64,000 bases of DNA. Source: Squalus acanthias (lineage: Eukaryota). Within the stretch, counting starts at the first letter, position 1, and the number at the start of each line of letters is the position of its first letter. Under the pieces are notes generated by a model, which had not been told where the DNA came from, did no database searches, and was given only the letters and a program-made list of their open reading frames with translations. Positions 47,157 to 62,100 of the stretch are shown piece by piece. Where the stretch lies: positions 248,001 to 312,000 of the forward strand of contig JASTWF010000497.1 in the NCBI GenBank assembly GCA_030390025.1, given 5' to 3'. The position numbers were made by a program, and so were the translations under genes.

Positions 47157-50100
47157 CAGACAGACTATCCCCATTTGTTACAGTGTGAACACAGACTATC
47201 CCCATTTGTTACAGTGTGAATACAGACTATCCCCATTTATTACAGTATGAATACAGACTATCCCCATTTGTTACAGTAGCAATACAGATCATCCCCATTC
47301 GTTACAGTGTGAATACAGACAATCCCCATTTGTTAGTGTGAATACAGACTATCCCCATTTGTTACAGTGTGAATACAGATTATCCCCCTTTTCTACAGTG
47401 TGAATACAGACTATCCCCATTTGTTACAGTATCAATACAGACTATCCCCATTTGTTACAGTGTGAATACAGACTATACCCATTTGTTAAAGTGTGAATAC
47501 AGACTATCCCCATTTGTTACAGTGTGAATACAGACTATTCCCATTTGTTACAGTGTGAATACAGACTATCCCCATTTGTTAGTGTGAATACAGACTATCC
47601 CCATTTGTTAGTGTGAATAAAGTGTATCCCCAAATGTTACAGTGTGAATACAGACTATCCCCATTTGTTACAATGTGAATACAGAATTTCCCCATTTGTT
47701 ACAGTTTGAATACAGACTATCCCCATTTGCTACAGTGTGAATAAAAACTATCCCCATTTGTTAGTGTGAATACAGACTATCCCAATTTGTTACAGTGCGA
47801 ATACAAACTATCCCCATTTGTTACAGTGTGAATACAGACTATCCCCATTTGTTAGTGTGAATACAGACTATCCCCATTTGTTAGTGTGAATAAAGTGTAT
47901 CCCCAAATGTTACAGTGTGAATACAGACTATCCCCATTTGTTACAATGTGAATACAGAATTTCCCCATTTGTTACAGTTTGAATACAGACTATCCCCATT
48001 TGCTACAGTGTGAATAAAAACTATCCCCATTTGTTAGTGTGAATACAGATTATCCCAATTTGTTACAGTGCGAATACAAACTATCCCCATTTGTTACAAT
48101 GTGAATACAGACTTTCCCCATCAGTTACAGTGTGAATACAGACTATCCCCATTTGTTATAATGTGAATACAGACTATCCACATTTGTTACAGTGTGAATA
48201 CAGACTATCCCCATTTGTTACAGTGTGAATACAGACTATCCCCATTTGTCACAGTTTGAATACAGACTATCCCCATTTGTTACAGTGTGAAGACAGAATA
48301 TCCCCATTTGTTACAGTGTGAATACAGACTATCCCCATTTGTTACAGAATGAGTACAGACCATCCCTATTTGATATAGTGTGAATACTGTATATCACCAT
48401 TTGTTACAGTATGAATAAAGACTATCCCCATTTGTTACAATGTGAATACAGAATATCCCCATTTGTTACAGTGTGAATACAGACTATTTCCATTTGTTAG
48501 TGTGAACACAGACTATCCCCATTTGTTACAGAGTGAATACAGACAATACCCATTTGTTACAGTATGAATACAGACAATCACCATTTGTTTCAGTTTGAAT
48601 ACGGACTATCCCGATTTGTTACAATGTGAAAACAGAATATCCCCATTTCTTACAGTGTGAATACAGACTATCCCCATTTGTTACAGTGTGAATACAGACT
48701 ATCCCCATTTCTTACAATGTGAATACAGACTATCCCCATTTGTTACAGTGTGAATACAGACTATCCCCATTTGTTAGTGTGAATACAGACTATCCCCATT
48801 TGTTACAGTGTGAGTACAGACAATCACCATTTGTTACAGTTTCAATACAGACTAATCCCATTTGTTAGTGTCAATACAGAATATCCCCATTTGTTAGTGT
48901 GAATACAGACTATCCCCATTTGTTACAGCTTGAATACAGACTATCGCCATTTGTTACAGTGTGAATACAGACTATCCCCATTTCTATGTTTGAATACAAA
49001 CTATCCCCATTTCTTAGTGTGAATACAGACTATCTCCATTTGTTAGTGTGAATACAGACTATCCCCAATTGTCACAGTGTGAATACAGACTATCCCCAAT
49101 TGTATCAGTGTGAATACAGACTATCCCCATTTGTTAGTGTGAATACAGACTATCCCCAATTGTGAAAGTGTGAATACAGACTATCCCCATTTGTTAGTGT
49201 GAATACACACTATCCCCAATTGTTACAGTGTGAATACAGACTATCCCCATTTGTTAGTGTGAATACAGACTATCCCCATTTGTTACAGAATGAGTACAGA
49301 CTATCCCTATTTGATATAGTGTGAATACTGTATATCACCATTTGTTACAGTGTGAATAAAGACTATCCCCATTTGTTACAATGTGAATACAGAATATCCC
49401 CATTTGTTACAGTGTGAATACAGACTATTTCCATTTGTTAGTGTGAACACAGACTATCTCCATTTGTTACAGTGTGAATACAGACTATCCCCATTTGTTA
49501 CAGTGTGAATACAGACTATCCCCATTTGTTAGTGTGAATACAGACTATCCCCATTTGTTACAGTGTGAGTACAGACAATCACCATTTGTTACAGTTTCAA
49601 TACAGACTAATCCCATTTGTTAGTGTCAATACAGAATATCCCCATTTCTTAGTGTGAATACAGACTATCTCCATTTGTTAGTGTGAATACAGACTATCCC
49701 CAATTGTCACAGTGTGAATACAGACTATCCCCAATTGTTACAGTGTGAATACAGACTATCCCCATTTGTTAGTGTGAATACAGACTATCCCCAATTGTTA
49801 AAGTGTGAATACAGACTATCCCCATTTGTTAGTGTGAATACACACTATCCCCAATTGTTACAGTGTGAATACAGACGATCCCCATTTGTTACAGTGTGAA
49901 AACAGACTATCACCATTTGTTACTGTTTCAATACAGACTAATCCCATTTGTTAGTGTCAATACAGAATATCCCCATTTGTTAGTGTGAATACAGACTATC
50001 CCCATTTGTTACAGCTTGAATACAGACTATCCCCATTTGTTACAGTGTGAATACAGACTATCCCCATTTGTTACAGTGTGAATACAGACTATCCCCATTT

Positions 50101-53100
50101 GTTACAGTTTGAATACAGACTATCTCCATTTGTTACAGTTTGAATACAGACTATCCCTATTTGTTACAGTTTGAAAACAGTGTGAATACAGACTATCCCC
50201 ATTTGTAACAGTGTGAATACAGGCTATCCCCATTTGTTAATGTGAATACAGACTATCCCCATTTCTAAGTGTGAATACAAACTATCCCCATTTGTTAGTG
50301 TAAAGACAGACTATCACCATTTGTTACAGTGTGAATACAGATAATCCCCATTTGTTACAGTTTGAATACAGACTATCCTCATTTGTAACAGTATGAATAC
50401 TGACTATCCACATTTGTTAGTGTGAATACAGCCTATCCCCATTTCTAAGTTTGAATACAAACTATCCCCATTTGTTAGTGTGAATACAGACTATCAACAT
50501 TTGTTAGTGTGAACACAGACTATGCCCATTTCTAACAGTGTGAATACAGACTATCCCCATTTGTTACAGTGTGAATACAGACTATCCCCAATTCTTACAG
50601 TGTGAAAACAGACTATCACCATTTGTTACAGTGCGAATACAGACTATCCCCATTTGTTAGTGTGAATACAGACTATCCCCATTTGTTACAGTCTGAGTAC
50701 AGACAATCACCATTTGTTACAGTTTGAATACAGACTAACCCCATTTGTTAGTGTCAATACAGAATATCCCCATTTGTTACAGTGTGAATACAGACTATCC
50801 CCATTTGTTACAGCTTGAATACAGACTATCCCCATTTGTAACAGTGTCAATACAGACTATCCCCATTTGTAACAGTATGAATACTGACTATCCACATTTG
50901 TTAGTGTGAATACAGACTATCCCCATTTCTAAGTCTGAATACAAACTATCCCCATTTGTTAGTGTAAATACAGACTATCTCCATTTGTTACAGTGTGAAT
51001 ACAGACTTTCCCCAATTGTCACAGTGTGAATACAGACTATCCCCATTTGTTACAGTGTGAATACAGACTATTTCCATTTGTTAGTGTGAACACAGACTAT
51101 CCCCATTTGTTACAGTGTGAATACAGACAATACCCATTTGTTACAGTATGAATACAGACAATCACCATTTGTTACAGTTTGAATACGGACTATCCCGATT
51201 TGTTACAATGTGAATACAGAATATCCCCATTTCTTACAGTGTGAATACAGACTATCCCCATTTGTTACAGTGTGAATACAGACTATCCCCATTTCTTACA
51301 ATGTGAATACAGACTATCCCCATTTGTTACAGTGTGAGTACAGACTATCCCCATTTGTTAGTGTGAATACAGACTATCCCCATTTGTTACAGTGTGAGTA
51401 CAGACAATCACCATTTGTTACAGTTTCAATACAGACTAATCCCATTTGTTAGTGTCAATACAGAATATCCCCATTTGTTAGTGTGAATACAGACTATCCC
51501 CATTTGTTACAGCTTGAATACAGACTATCGCCATTTGTTACAGTGTGAATACAGACTATCCCCATTTCTAAGTTTGAATACAAACTATCCCCATTTCTTA
51601 GTGTGAATACAGACTATCTCCATTTGTTAGTGTGAATACAGACTATCCCCAATTGTCACAGTGTGAATACAGACTATCCCCAATTGTTACAGTGTGAATA
51701 CAGACTATCCCCATTTGTTAGTGTGAATACAGACTATCCCCAATTGTTAAAGTGTGAATACAGACTATCCCCATTTGTTAGTGTGAATACACACTATCCC
51801 CAATTGTTACAGTGTGAATACAGACTATCCCCATTTGTTACAGTGTGAATACAGAATATCCCCATTTGTTACAGAATGAGTACAGACTATCCCTATTTGA
51901 TATAGTGTGAATACTGTATATCACCATTTGTTACAGTGTGAATAAAGACTATCCCCATTTGTTACAATGTGAATACAGAATATCCCCATTTGTTACAGTG
52001 TGAATACAGACTATTTCCATGTGTTAGTGTGAACCCAGACTATCCCCATTTGTTACAGTGTGAATACAGACAATACCCATTTGTTACAGTATGAATACAG
52101 ACAATCACCATTTGTTACAGTTTGAATACGGACTATCCCGATTTGTTACAATGTGAATACAGAATATCCCCATTTCTTACAGTGTGAATACAGACTATCC
52201 CCATTTGTTACAGTGTGAATACAGACTATCCCCATTTCTTACAATGTGAATACAGACTATCCCCATTTGTTACAGTGTGAATACAGCCTATCCCCATTTG
52301 TTAGTGTGAATACAGACTATCCCCATTTGTTAGTGTAAAGACAGACTATCACCATTTGGTACAGTGTGAATACAGATAATCCCGATTTGTTACAGTTTGA
52401 ATACAGACTATCCTCATTTGTAACAATATGAATACTGACTATCCACATTTGTTAGTGTGAATACAGACTATCCCCATTTCTAAGTCTGAATAAAAACTAT
52501 CCCCATTTCTTAGTGTAAATACAGACTATCGCCATTTGTTACGGTGTGAATACAGATAATCCCCATTTGTTACAGTGTGAATACAGACTATCCGCATTTG
52601 TTACAGTGTGAATACAGACTATCACCATTTGTTACACTGTGAATACAGACTATCCCCATTTGTTACAGTGTGAATACAGACTATTTCCATTTGTTAGTGC
52701 GAACACAGACTATCCCCATTTGTTACAGTGTGAATACAGACAATACCCATTTGTTACAGTATGAATACAGACAATCACCATTTGTTACAGTTTGAATACG
52801 GACTATCCCGATTTGTTACAATGTGAATACAGAATATCCCCATTTCTTACAGTATGAATACAGACTATCCCCATTTGTTACAGTGTGAATACAGACTATC
52901 CCCATTTCTTACAATGTGAATACAGACTATCCCCATTTGTTACAGTGTGAATACAGACTATCCCCATTTGTTAGTGTGAATACAGACTATCCCCATTTGT
53001 TACAGTGTGAGTACAGACAATCACCATTTGTTACAGTTTCAATACAGACTAATCCCATTTGTTAGTGTCAATACAGAATATCCCCATTTGTTAGTGTGAA

Positions 53101-56100
53101 TACAGACTATCCCCATTTGTTACAGCTTGAATACAGACTATCGCCATTTGTTACAGTGTGAATACAGACTATCCCCATTTCTAAGTTTGAATACAAACTA
53201 GCCCCATTTCTTAGTGTGAATACAGACTATCTCCATTTGTTAGTGTGAATACAGACTATCCCCAATTGTCACAGTGTGAATACAGACTATCCCCAATTGT
53301 TACAGTGTGAATACAGACTATCCCCATTTGTTAGTGTGAATACAGACTATCCCCAATTGTTAAAGTGTGATACAGACTATCCCCATTTGTTACAGTGTGG
53401 ATACAGACTATCCCCATTTGTTACAGTTTGAAAACAGACTATTGCCATTTGTTACAGTTTCAATACAGACTAATCCCATTTGTTAGTGTCAATACAGAAT
53501 ATCCCCATTTGTTAGTGTGAATACAGACTATCCCCATTTGTTACAGCTTGAATACAGACTATCCCCATTTGTTACAGTGTGAATACAGACTATCCCCATT
53601 TGTTACAGTGTGAATACAGACTATCCCCATTTGTTACAGTTTGAATACAGACTATCTCCATTTGTTACAGTTTGAATACAGACTATCCCTATTTGTTACA
53701 GTTTGAAAACAGTGTGAATACAGGCTATCCCCATTTGTAACAGTGTGAATACAGGCTATCCCCATTTGTTAGTGTGAATACAGACTATCCCCATTTCTAA
53801 GTGTGAATACAAACTATCCCCATTTGTTAGTGTAAAGACAGACTATCACCATTTGTTACAGTGTGAATACAGATAATCCCCATTTGTTACAGTTTGAATA
53901 CAGACTATCCTCATTTGTAACAGTATGAATACTGACTATCCACATTTGTTAGTGTGAATACAGACTATCCCCATTTCTAAGTTTGAATACAAACTATCCC
54001 CATTTGTTAGTGTGAATACAGACTATCACCATTTGTTAGTGTGAACACAGACTATGCCCATTTCTAACAGTGTGAATACAGACTATCCCCATTTGTTACA
54101 GTGTGAATACAGACTATCACCAATTCTTACAGTGTGAAAACAGACTATCACCATTTGTTACAGTGCGAATACAGACTATCCCCATTTGTTAGTGTGAATA
54201 CAGACTATCCCCATTTGTTACAGTCTGAGTACAGACAATCACCATTTGTTACAGTTTGAATACAGACTAACCCCATTTGTTAGTGTCAATACAGAATATC
54301 CCCATTTGTTACAGTGTGAATACAGACTATCCCCATTTGTTACAGCTTGAATACAGACTATCCCCATTTGTAACAGTGTCAATACAGACTATCCCCATTT
54401 GTAACAGTTTGAATACAGGCTATCCCCATTTGTTAGTGCGAATACAGACTATCCCCATTTCTAAGTGTGAATACAAACAATCCCCATTTGTTAGTGTAAA
54501 GACAGACTATCACCATTTGTTACAGTGTGAATACAGATAATCCCGATTTGTTACAGTTTGAATACAGACTATCCTCATTTGTAACAGTATGAATACTGAC
54601 TTTCCACATTTGTTAGTGTGAATACAGACTATCCCCATTTCAAAGTCGGAATACAAACTATCCCCATTTGTTAGTGTAAATACAGACTATCGCCATTTGT
54701 TACGGTGTGATTACAGATAATCCCCATTTGTTACAGTGTGAATACAGACTATCCGCATTTGTTCCAGTGTGAATACAGACTATCACCATTTGTTACACTG
54801 TGAATACAGACTATCCCCATTTGTTACAATGTGAATACAGACTATCCCCATTTGTTACAATGTGAATACAGACTATCCCCATTTGTTACAATGTGAATAC
54901 AGAATAACCCCATTTGTTACACTGTGAATACAGACTATCTCCATTTGTCAGTGTAAACACAGACTATCCCCATTTGTTACAGTGTGAATACAGACAATAC
55001 CCATTTGTTACAGTATGAATACAGACAATCACCATTTGTTACAGTTTGAATACAGACTATCCCGATTTGTTACAATGTGAATACAGAATATCCCCATTTG
55101 TTACATTGTGAATACAGACTATACCCATTTGTTACAGTACGAATACAGACTATCCCCATTTCTAACAGTGTGAATACAGAATATCCCCATTTGTTACAGT
55201 GTGAATACAGACTATCCCCATTTGTTACAGTTTGAATACAGACTATCCCCAATTCTTACAGTGTGAAAACAGACTATCACCATTTGTTACAGTGTGAATA
55301 CAGACTATCCCCATTTGTTACAGTGTGAATACAGACTATCCCCATTTGTTACACTTTGAATACAGACTATCCCCATTTGTTAGTGTGAATACAGACTATC
55401 CCCATTTGTTACACTGTGAGTACAGACAATCACCATTTGTTACAGTTTGAATACTGACTAACCCCATTTGTTAGTGTCAATACAGAATATCCCCATTTGT
55501 TACAGTCTGAATACAGACTATCCCCATTTGTTACAGTTTAAATACAGACTATCCCCATTTGTTACAGTGTAAATACAGACTATCCCCATTTGTTACAGTT
55601 TGTATACAGACTATCTCCATTTGTTACAGTTTGAATACAGACTATCCCTATTTGTTACAGTTTGAAAACAGACTATCACCATTTGTTACAGTGTGAATAC
55701 AGACTATTCCCATTTGTAACAGTGTGAATACAGGCTATCCCCATTTGTTAGTGTGAAGACAGACTATCACCATTTGTTACAGTGCGAATACAGACTATGC
55801 CCATTTGTTACAGTGTGAATACAGACTATCACCATTTGTTACAGTTTGAATACAGACTATCCCCATTTGTTAGTGTGAATACAGACGATCCCCATTTGTT
55901 ACACTGTGAGTACAGACAATCACCATTTGTTACAGTTTGAATACAGACTAACCCCATTTGTTACAGTGTGAATACAGACTATCCCCATTTGTTAGTGTCA
56001 ATACAGAATATCCCCATTTGTTACAGTGTGAATACAGACTATCCCCATTTGTTACAGCTTGAATACAGACTATTCCCATTTATTACAGTGTGAATACAGA

Positions 56101-59100
56101 CTATCCCCATTTGTTACAGTGTGAAAACAGACTATCCTCATTTGTTACAGTTTAAATACAGACTATCTCCATTTGTTACAGTTTGAATACAGACTATCCC
56201 TATTTGTTACAGTTTGAAAACAGACTATCACCATTTGTTACAGTGTGAATACAGACTATTCCCATTTATTACAGTGTGAATACAGACTATCCCCATTTGT
56301 TACAGTGTGAAAACAGACTATCCTCATTTGTTACAGTTTAAATACAGACTATCTCCATTTGTTACAGTTTGAATACAGACTATCCCTATTTGTTACAGTT
56401 TGAAAACAGACTATCACCATTTGTTACAGTGTGAATACAGACTATTCCCATTTGTAACAGTGTGAATACAGGCTATCCCCATTTGTTAGTGTGAATACAG
56501 ACTATCCCCATTTCTAAGTGTGAAAACAAACTATCCCCATTTGTTAGTGTGAAGACAGATTATCACCATTTGTTACAGTGTGAATACACATAATCCCCAT
56601 TTGTTACAGTTTGAATACAGACTATCCTCATTTGTAACAGTATGAATACTGACTATCCACATTTGTTAGTGAGAATACAGACTATCCCCATTTCTAAGTT
56701 TGAATACAAACTATCCCCATTTCTTAGTGTGAATACAGACTATCTCCATTTGCTAGTGTGAATACAGACTATCCCCAATTTTCACAGTGTGAATACAGAC
56801 TATCCCCAATTGTTACAGTGTGAATACAGACTATCCCCATTTGTTAGTGTGAATACAGACTATCCCCAATTGTTAAAGTGTGAATACAGACTATCCCCAT
56901 TTGTTAGTGTGAATACACACTATCCCCAATTGTTACAGTGTGAATACAGACTATCCCCATTTGTTACAGTGTGAATACAGACTATCCCCATTTGTTACAG
57001 TGTGAGTACAGACTATCCCCATTTGTTACAGAATGAGTACAGACTATACCTATTTGATATAGTGTGAATACTGTATATCACCATTTGTTACAGTGTGAAT
57101 AAAGACTATCCCCATTTGTTACAATGTGAATACAGAATATCCCCATTTGTTACAGTGTGAATACAGACTATTTCCATTTGTTAGTGTGAACCCAGACTAT
57201 CCCCATTTGTTACAGTGTGAATACAGACAATACCCATTTGTTACAGTATGAATACAGACAATCACCATTTGTTACAGTTTGAATACGGACTATCCCGATT
57301 TGTTACAATGTGAATACAGAATATCCCCATTTCTTACAGTGTGAATACAGACTATCCCCATTTGTTACAGTGTGAATACAGACTATCCCCATTTCTTACA
57401 ATGTGAATACAGACTATCCCCATTTGTTACAGTGTGAATACAGCCTATCCCCATTTGTTAGTGTGAATACAGACTATCCCCATTTGTTTGTGTAAAGACA
57501 GACTATCACCATTTGTTACAGTGTGAATACAGATAATCCCGATTTGTTACAGTTTGAATACAGACTATCCTCATTTGTAACAATATGAATACTGACTATC
57601 CACATTTGTTAGTGTGAATACAGACTATCCCCATTTCTAAGTCTGAATAAAAACTATCCCCATTTCTTAGTGTAAATACAGACTATCGCCATTTGTTACG
57701 GTGTGAATACAGATAATCCCCATTTGTTACAGTGTGAATACAGACTATCCGCATTTGTTACAGTGTGAATACAGACTATCACCATTTGTTACACTGTGAA
57801 TACAGACTATCCCCATTTGTTACAGTGTGAATACAGACTATTTCCATTTGTTAGTGCGAACACAGACTATCCCCATTTGTTACAGTGTGAATACAGACAA
57901 TACCCATTTGTTACAGTATGAATACAGACAATCACCATTTGTTACAGTGTGAATATAGACTATCCCCATTTGTTACAGTGTGAATACAGACTATCCCCAT
58001 TTGTTACAGAATGAGTACAGACTGTCCCTATTTGATATAGTGTGAATACTGTATATCACCATTTGTTACAGTGTGAATAAGACTATCCCCATTTGTTACA
58101 ATGTGAATACAGAATATCCCCATTTGTTACAGTGTGAATACAGACTATTTCCATTTGTTAGTGTGAACCCAGACTATCCCCATTTGTTACAGTGTGAATA
58201 CAGACAATACCCATTTGTTACAGTATGAATACAGACAATCACCATTTGTTACAGTTTGAATACGGACTATCCCGATTTGTTACAATGTGAATACAGAATA
58301 TCCCCATTTCTTACAGTGTGAATACAGACTATCCCCATTTGTTACAGTGTGAATACAGACTATCCCCATTTCTTACAATGTGAATACAGACTATCCCCAT
58401 TTGTTACAGTGTGAATACAGCCTATCCCCATTTGTTAGTGTGAATACAGACTATCCCCATTTGTTAGTGTAAAGACAGACTATCACCATTTGTTACAGTG
58501 TGAATACAGATAATCCCGATTTGTTACAGTTTGAATACAGACTATCCTCATTTGTAACAATATGAATACTGACTATCCACATTTGTTAGTGTGAATACAG
58601 ACTATCCCCATTTCTAAGTCTGAATAAAAACTATCCCCATTTCTTAGTGTAAATACAGACTATCGCCATTTGTTACGGTGTGAATACAGATAATCCCCAT
58701 TTGTTACAGTGTGAATACAGACTATCCGCATTTGTTACAGTGTGAATACAGACTATCACCATTTGTTACACTGTGAATACAGACTATCCCCATTTGTTAC
58801 AGTGTGAATACAGACTATTTCCATTTGTTAGTGCGAACACAGACTATCCCCATTTGTTACAGTGTGAATACAGACAATACCCATTTGTTACAGTATGAAT
58901 ACAGACAATCACCATTTGTTACAGTTTGAATACGGACTATCCCGATTTGTTACAATGTGAATACAGAATATCCCCATTTCTTACAGTATGAATACAGACT
59001 ATCCCCATTTGTTACAGTATGAATACAGACTATCCCCATTTCTTACAATGTGAATACAGACTATCCCCATTTGTTACAGTGTGAATACAGACTATCCCCA

Positions 59101-62100
59101 TTTGTTAGTGTGAATACAGACTATCCCCATTTGTTACAGTGTTAGTACAGACAATCACCATTTGTTACAGTTTCAATACAGACTAATCCCATTTGTTAGT
59201 GTCAATACAGAATATCCCCATTTGTTAGTGTGAATACAGACTATCCCCATTTGTTACAGTGTGAATACAGACTATCCCCATTTGTTACAGTTTGTATACA
59301 GACTATCTCCATTTGTTACAGTTTGAATACAGACTATCCCTATTTGTTACAGTTTGAAAACAGACTATCACCATTTGTTACAGTGTGAAAACAGACTATT
59401 CCCATTTGTAACAGTGTGAATACAGGCTATCCCCATTTGTTAGTGTGAATACAGACTATCCCCATTTCTAAGTGTGAATACAAACTATCCCCATTTGTTA
59501 GTGTGAAGACAGACTATCACCATTTGTTACAGTGCGAATACAGACTATGCCCATTTGTTACAGTGTGAATACAGACTATCACCATTTGTTACAGTTTGAA
59601 TACAGACTATCCCCATTTGTTAGTGTGAATACAGACGATCCCCATTTGTTACACTGTGAGTACAGACAATCACCATTTGTTACAGTTTGAATACAGACTA
59701 ACCCCATTTGTTACAGTGTGAATACAGACTATCCCCATTTGTTAGTGTCAATACAGAATATCCCCATTTGTTACAGTGTGAATACAGACTATCCCCATTT
59801 GTTACAGCTTGAATACAGACTATTCCCATTTATTACAGTGTGAATACAGACTATCCCCATTTGTTACAGTGTGAAAACAGACTATCCTCATTTGTTACAG
59901 TTTAAATACAGACTATCTCCATTTGTTACAGTTTGAATACAGACTATCCCTATTTGTTACAGTTTGAAAACAGACTATCACCATTTGTTACAGTGTGAAT
60001 ACAGATTATTCCCATTTGTAACAGTGTGAATACAGGCTATCCCCATTTGTTAGTGTGAATACAGACTATCCCCATTTCTAAGTGTGAAAACAAACTATCC
60101 CCATTTGTTAGTGTGAAGACAGATTATCACCATTTGTTACAGTGTGAATACACATAATCCCCATTTGTTACAGTTTGAATACAGACTATCCTCATTTGTA
60201 ACAGTATGAATACTGACTATCCACATTTGTTAGTGAGAATACAGACTATCCCCATTTCTAAGTTTGAATACAAACTATCCCCATTTCTTAGTGTGAATAC
60301 AGACTATCTCCATTTGCTAGTGTGAATACAGACTATCCCCAATTTTCACAGTGTGAATACAGACTATCCCCAATTGTTACAGTGTGAATACAGACTATCC
60401 CCATTTGTTAGTGTGAATACAGACTATCCCCAATTGTTAAAGTGTGAATACAGACTATCCCCATTTGTTAGTGTGAATACACACTATCCCCAATTGTTAC
60501 AGTGTGAATACAGACTATCCCCATTTGTTACAGTGTGAATACAGACTATCCCCATTTGTTACAGTGTGAGTACAGACTATCCCCATTTGTTACAGAATGA
60601 GTACAGACTATACCTATTTGATATAGTGTGAATACTGTATATCACCATTTGTTACAGTGTGAATAAAGACTATCCCCATTTGTTACAATGTGAATACAGA
60701 ATATCCCCATTTGTTACAGTGTGAATACAGACTATTTCCATTTGTTAGTGTGAACCCAGACTATCCCCATTTGTTACAGTGTGAATACAGACAATACCCA
60801 TTTGTTACAGTATGAATACAGACAATCACCATTTGTTACAGTTTGAATACGGACTATCCCGATTTGTTACAATGTGAATACAGAATATCCCCATTTCTTA
60901 CAGTGTGAATACAGACTATCCCCATTTGTTACAGTGTGAATACAGACTATCCCCATTTCTTACAATGTGAATACAGACTATCCCCATTTGTTACAGTGTG
61001 AATACAGCCTATCCCCATTTGTTAGTGTGAATACAGACTATCCCCATTTGTTTGTGTAAAGACAGACTATCACCATTTGTTACAGTGTGAATACAGATAA
61101 TCCCGATTTGTTACAGTTTGAATACAGACTATCCTCATTTGTAACAATATGAATACTGACTATCCACATTTGTTAGTGTGAATACAGACTATCCCCATTT
61201 CTAAGTCTGAATAAAAACTATCCCCATTTCTTAGTGTAAATACAGACTATCGCCATTTGTTACGGTGTGAATACAGATAATCCCCATTTGTTACAGTGTG
61301 AATACAGACTATCCGCATTTGTTACAGTGTGAATACAGACTATCACCATTTGTTACACTGTGAATACAGACTATCCCCATTTGTTACAGTGTGAATACAG
61401 ACTATTTCCATTTGTTAGTGCGAACACAGACTATCCCCATTTGTTACAGTGTGAATACAGACAATACCCATTTGTTACAGTATGAATACAGACAATCACC
61501 ATTTGTTACAGTGTGAATATAGACTATCCCCATTTGTTACAGTGTGAATACAGACTATCCCCATTTGTTACAGAATGAGTACAGACTGTCCCTATTTGAT
61601 ATAGTGTGAATACTGTATATCACCATTTGTTACAGTGTGAATAAAGACTATCCCCATTTGTTACAATGTGAATACAGAATATCCCCATTTGTTACAGTGT
61701 GAATACAGACTATTTCCATTTGTTAGTGTGAACCCAGACTATCCCCATTTGTTACAGTGTGAATACAGACAATACCCATTTGTTACAGTATGAATACAGA
61801 CAATCACCATTTGTTACAGTTTGAATACGGACTATCCCGATTTGTTACAATGTGAATACAGAATATCCCCATTTCTTACAGTGTGAATACAGACTATCCC
61901 CATTTGTTACAGTGTGAATACAGACTATCCCCATTTCTTACAATGTGAATACAGACTATCCCCATTTGTTACAGTGTGAATACAGCCTATCCCCATTTGT
62001 TAGTGTGAATACAGACTATCCCCATTTGTTAGTGTAAAGACAGACTATCACCATTTGTTACAGTGTGAATACAGATAATCCCGATTTGTTACAGTTTGAA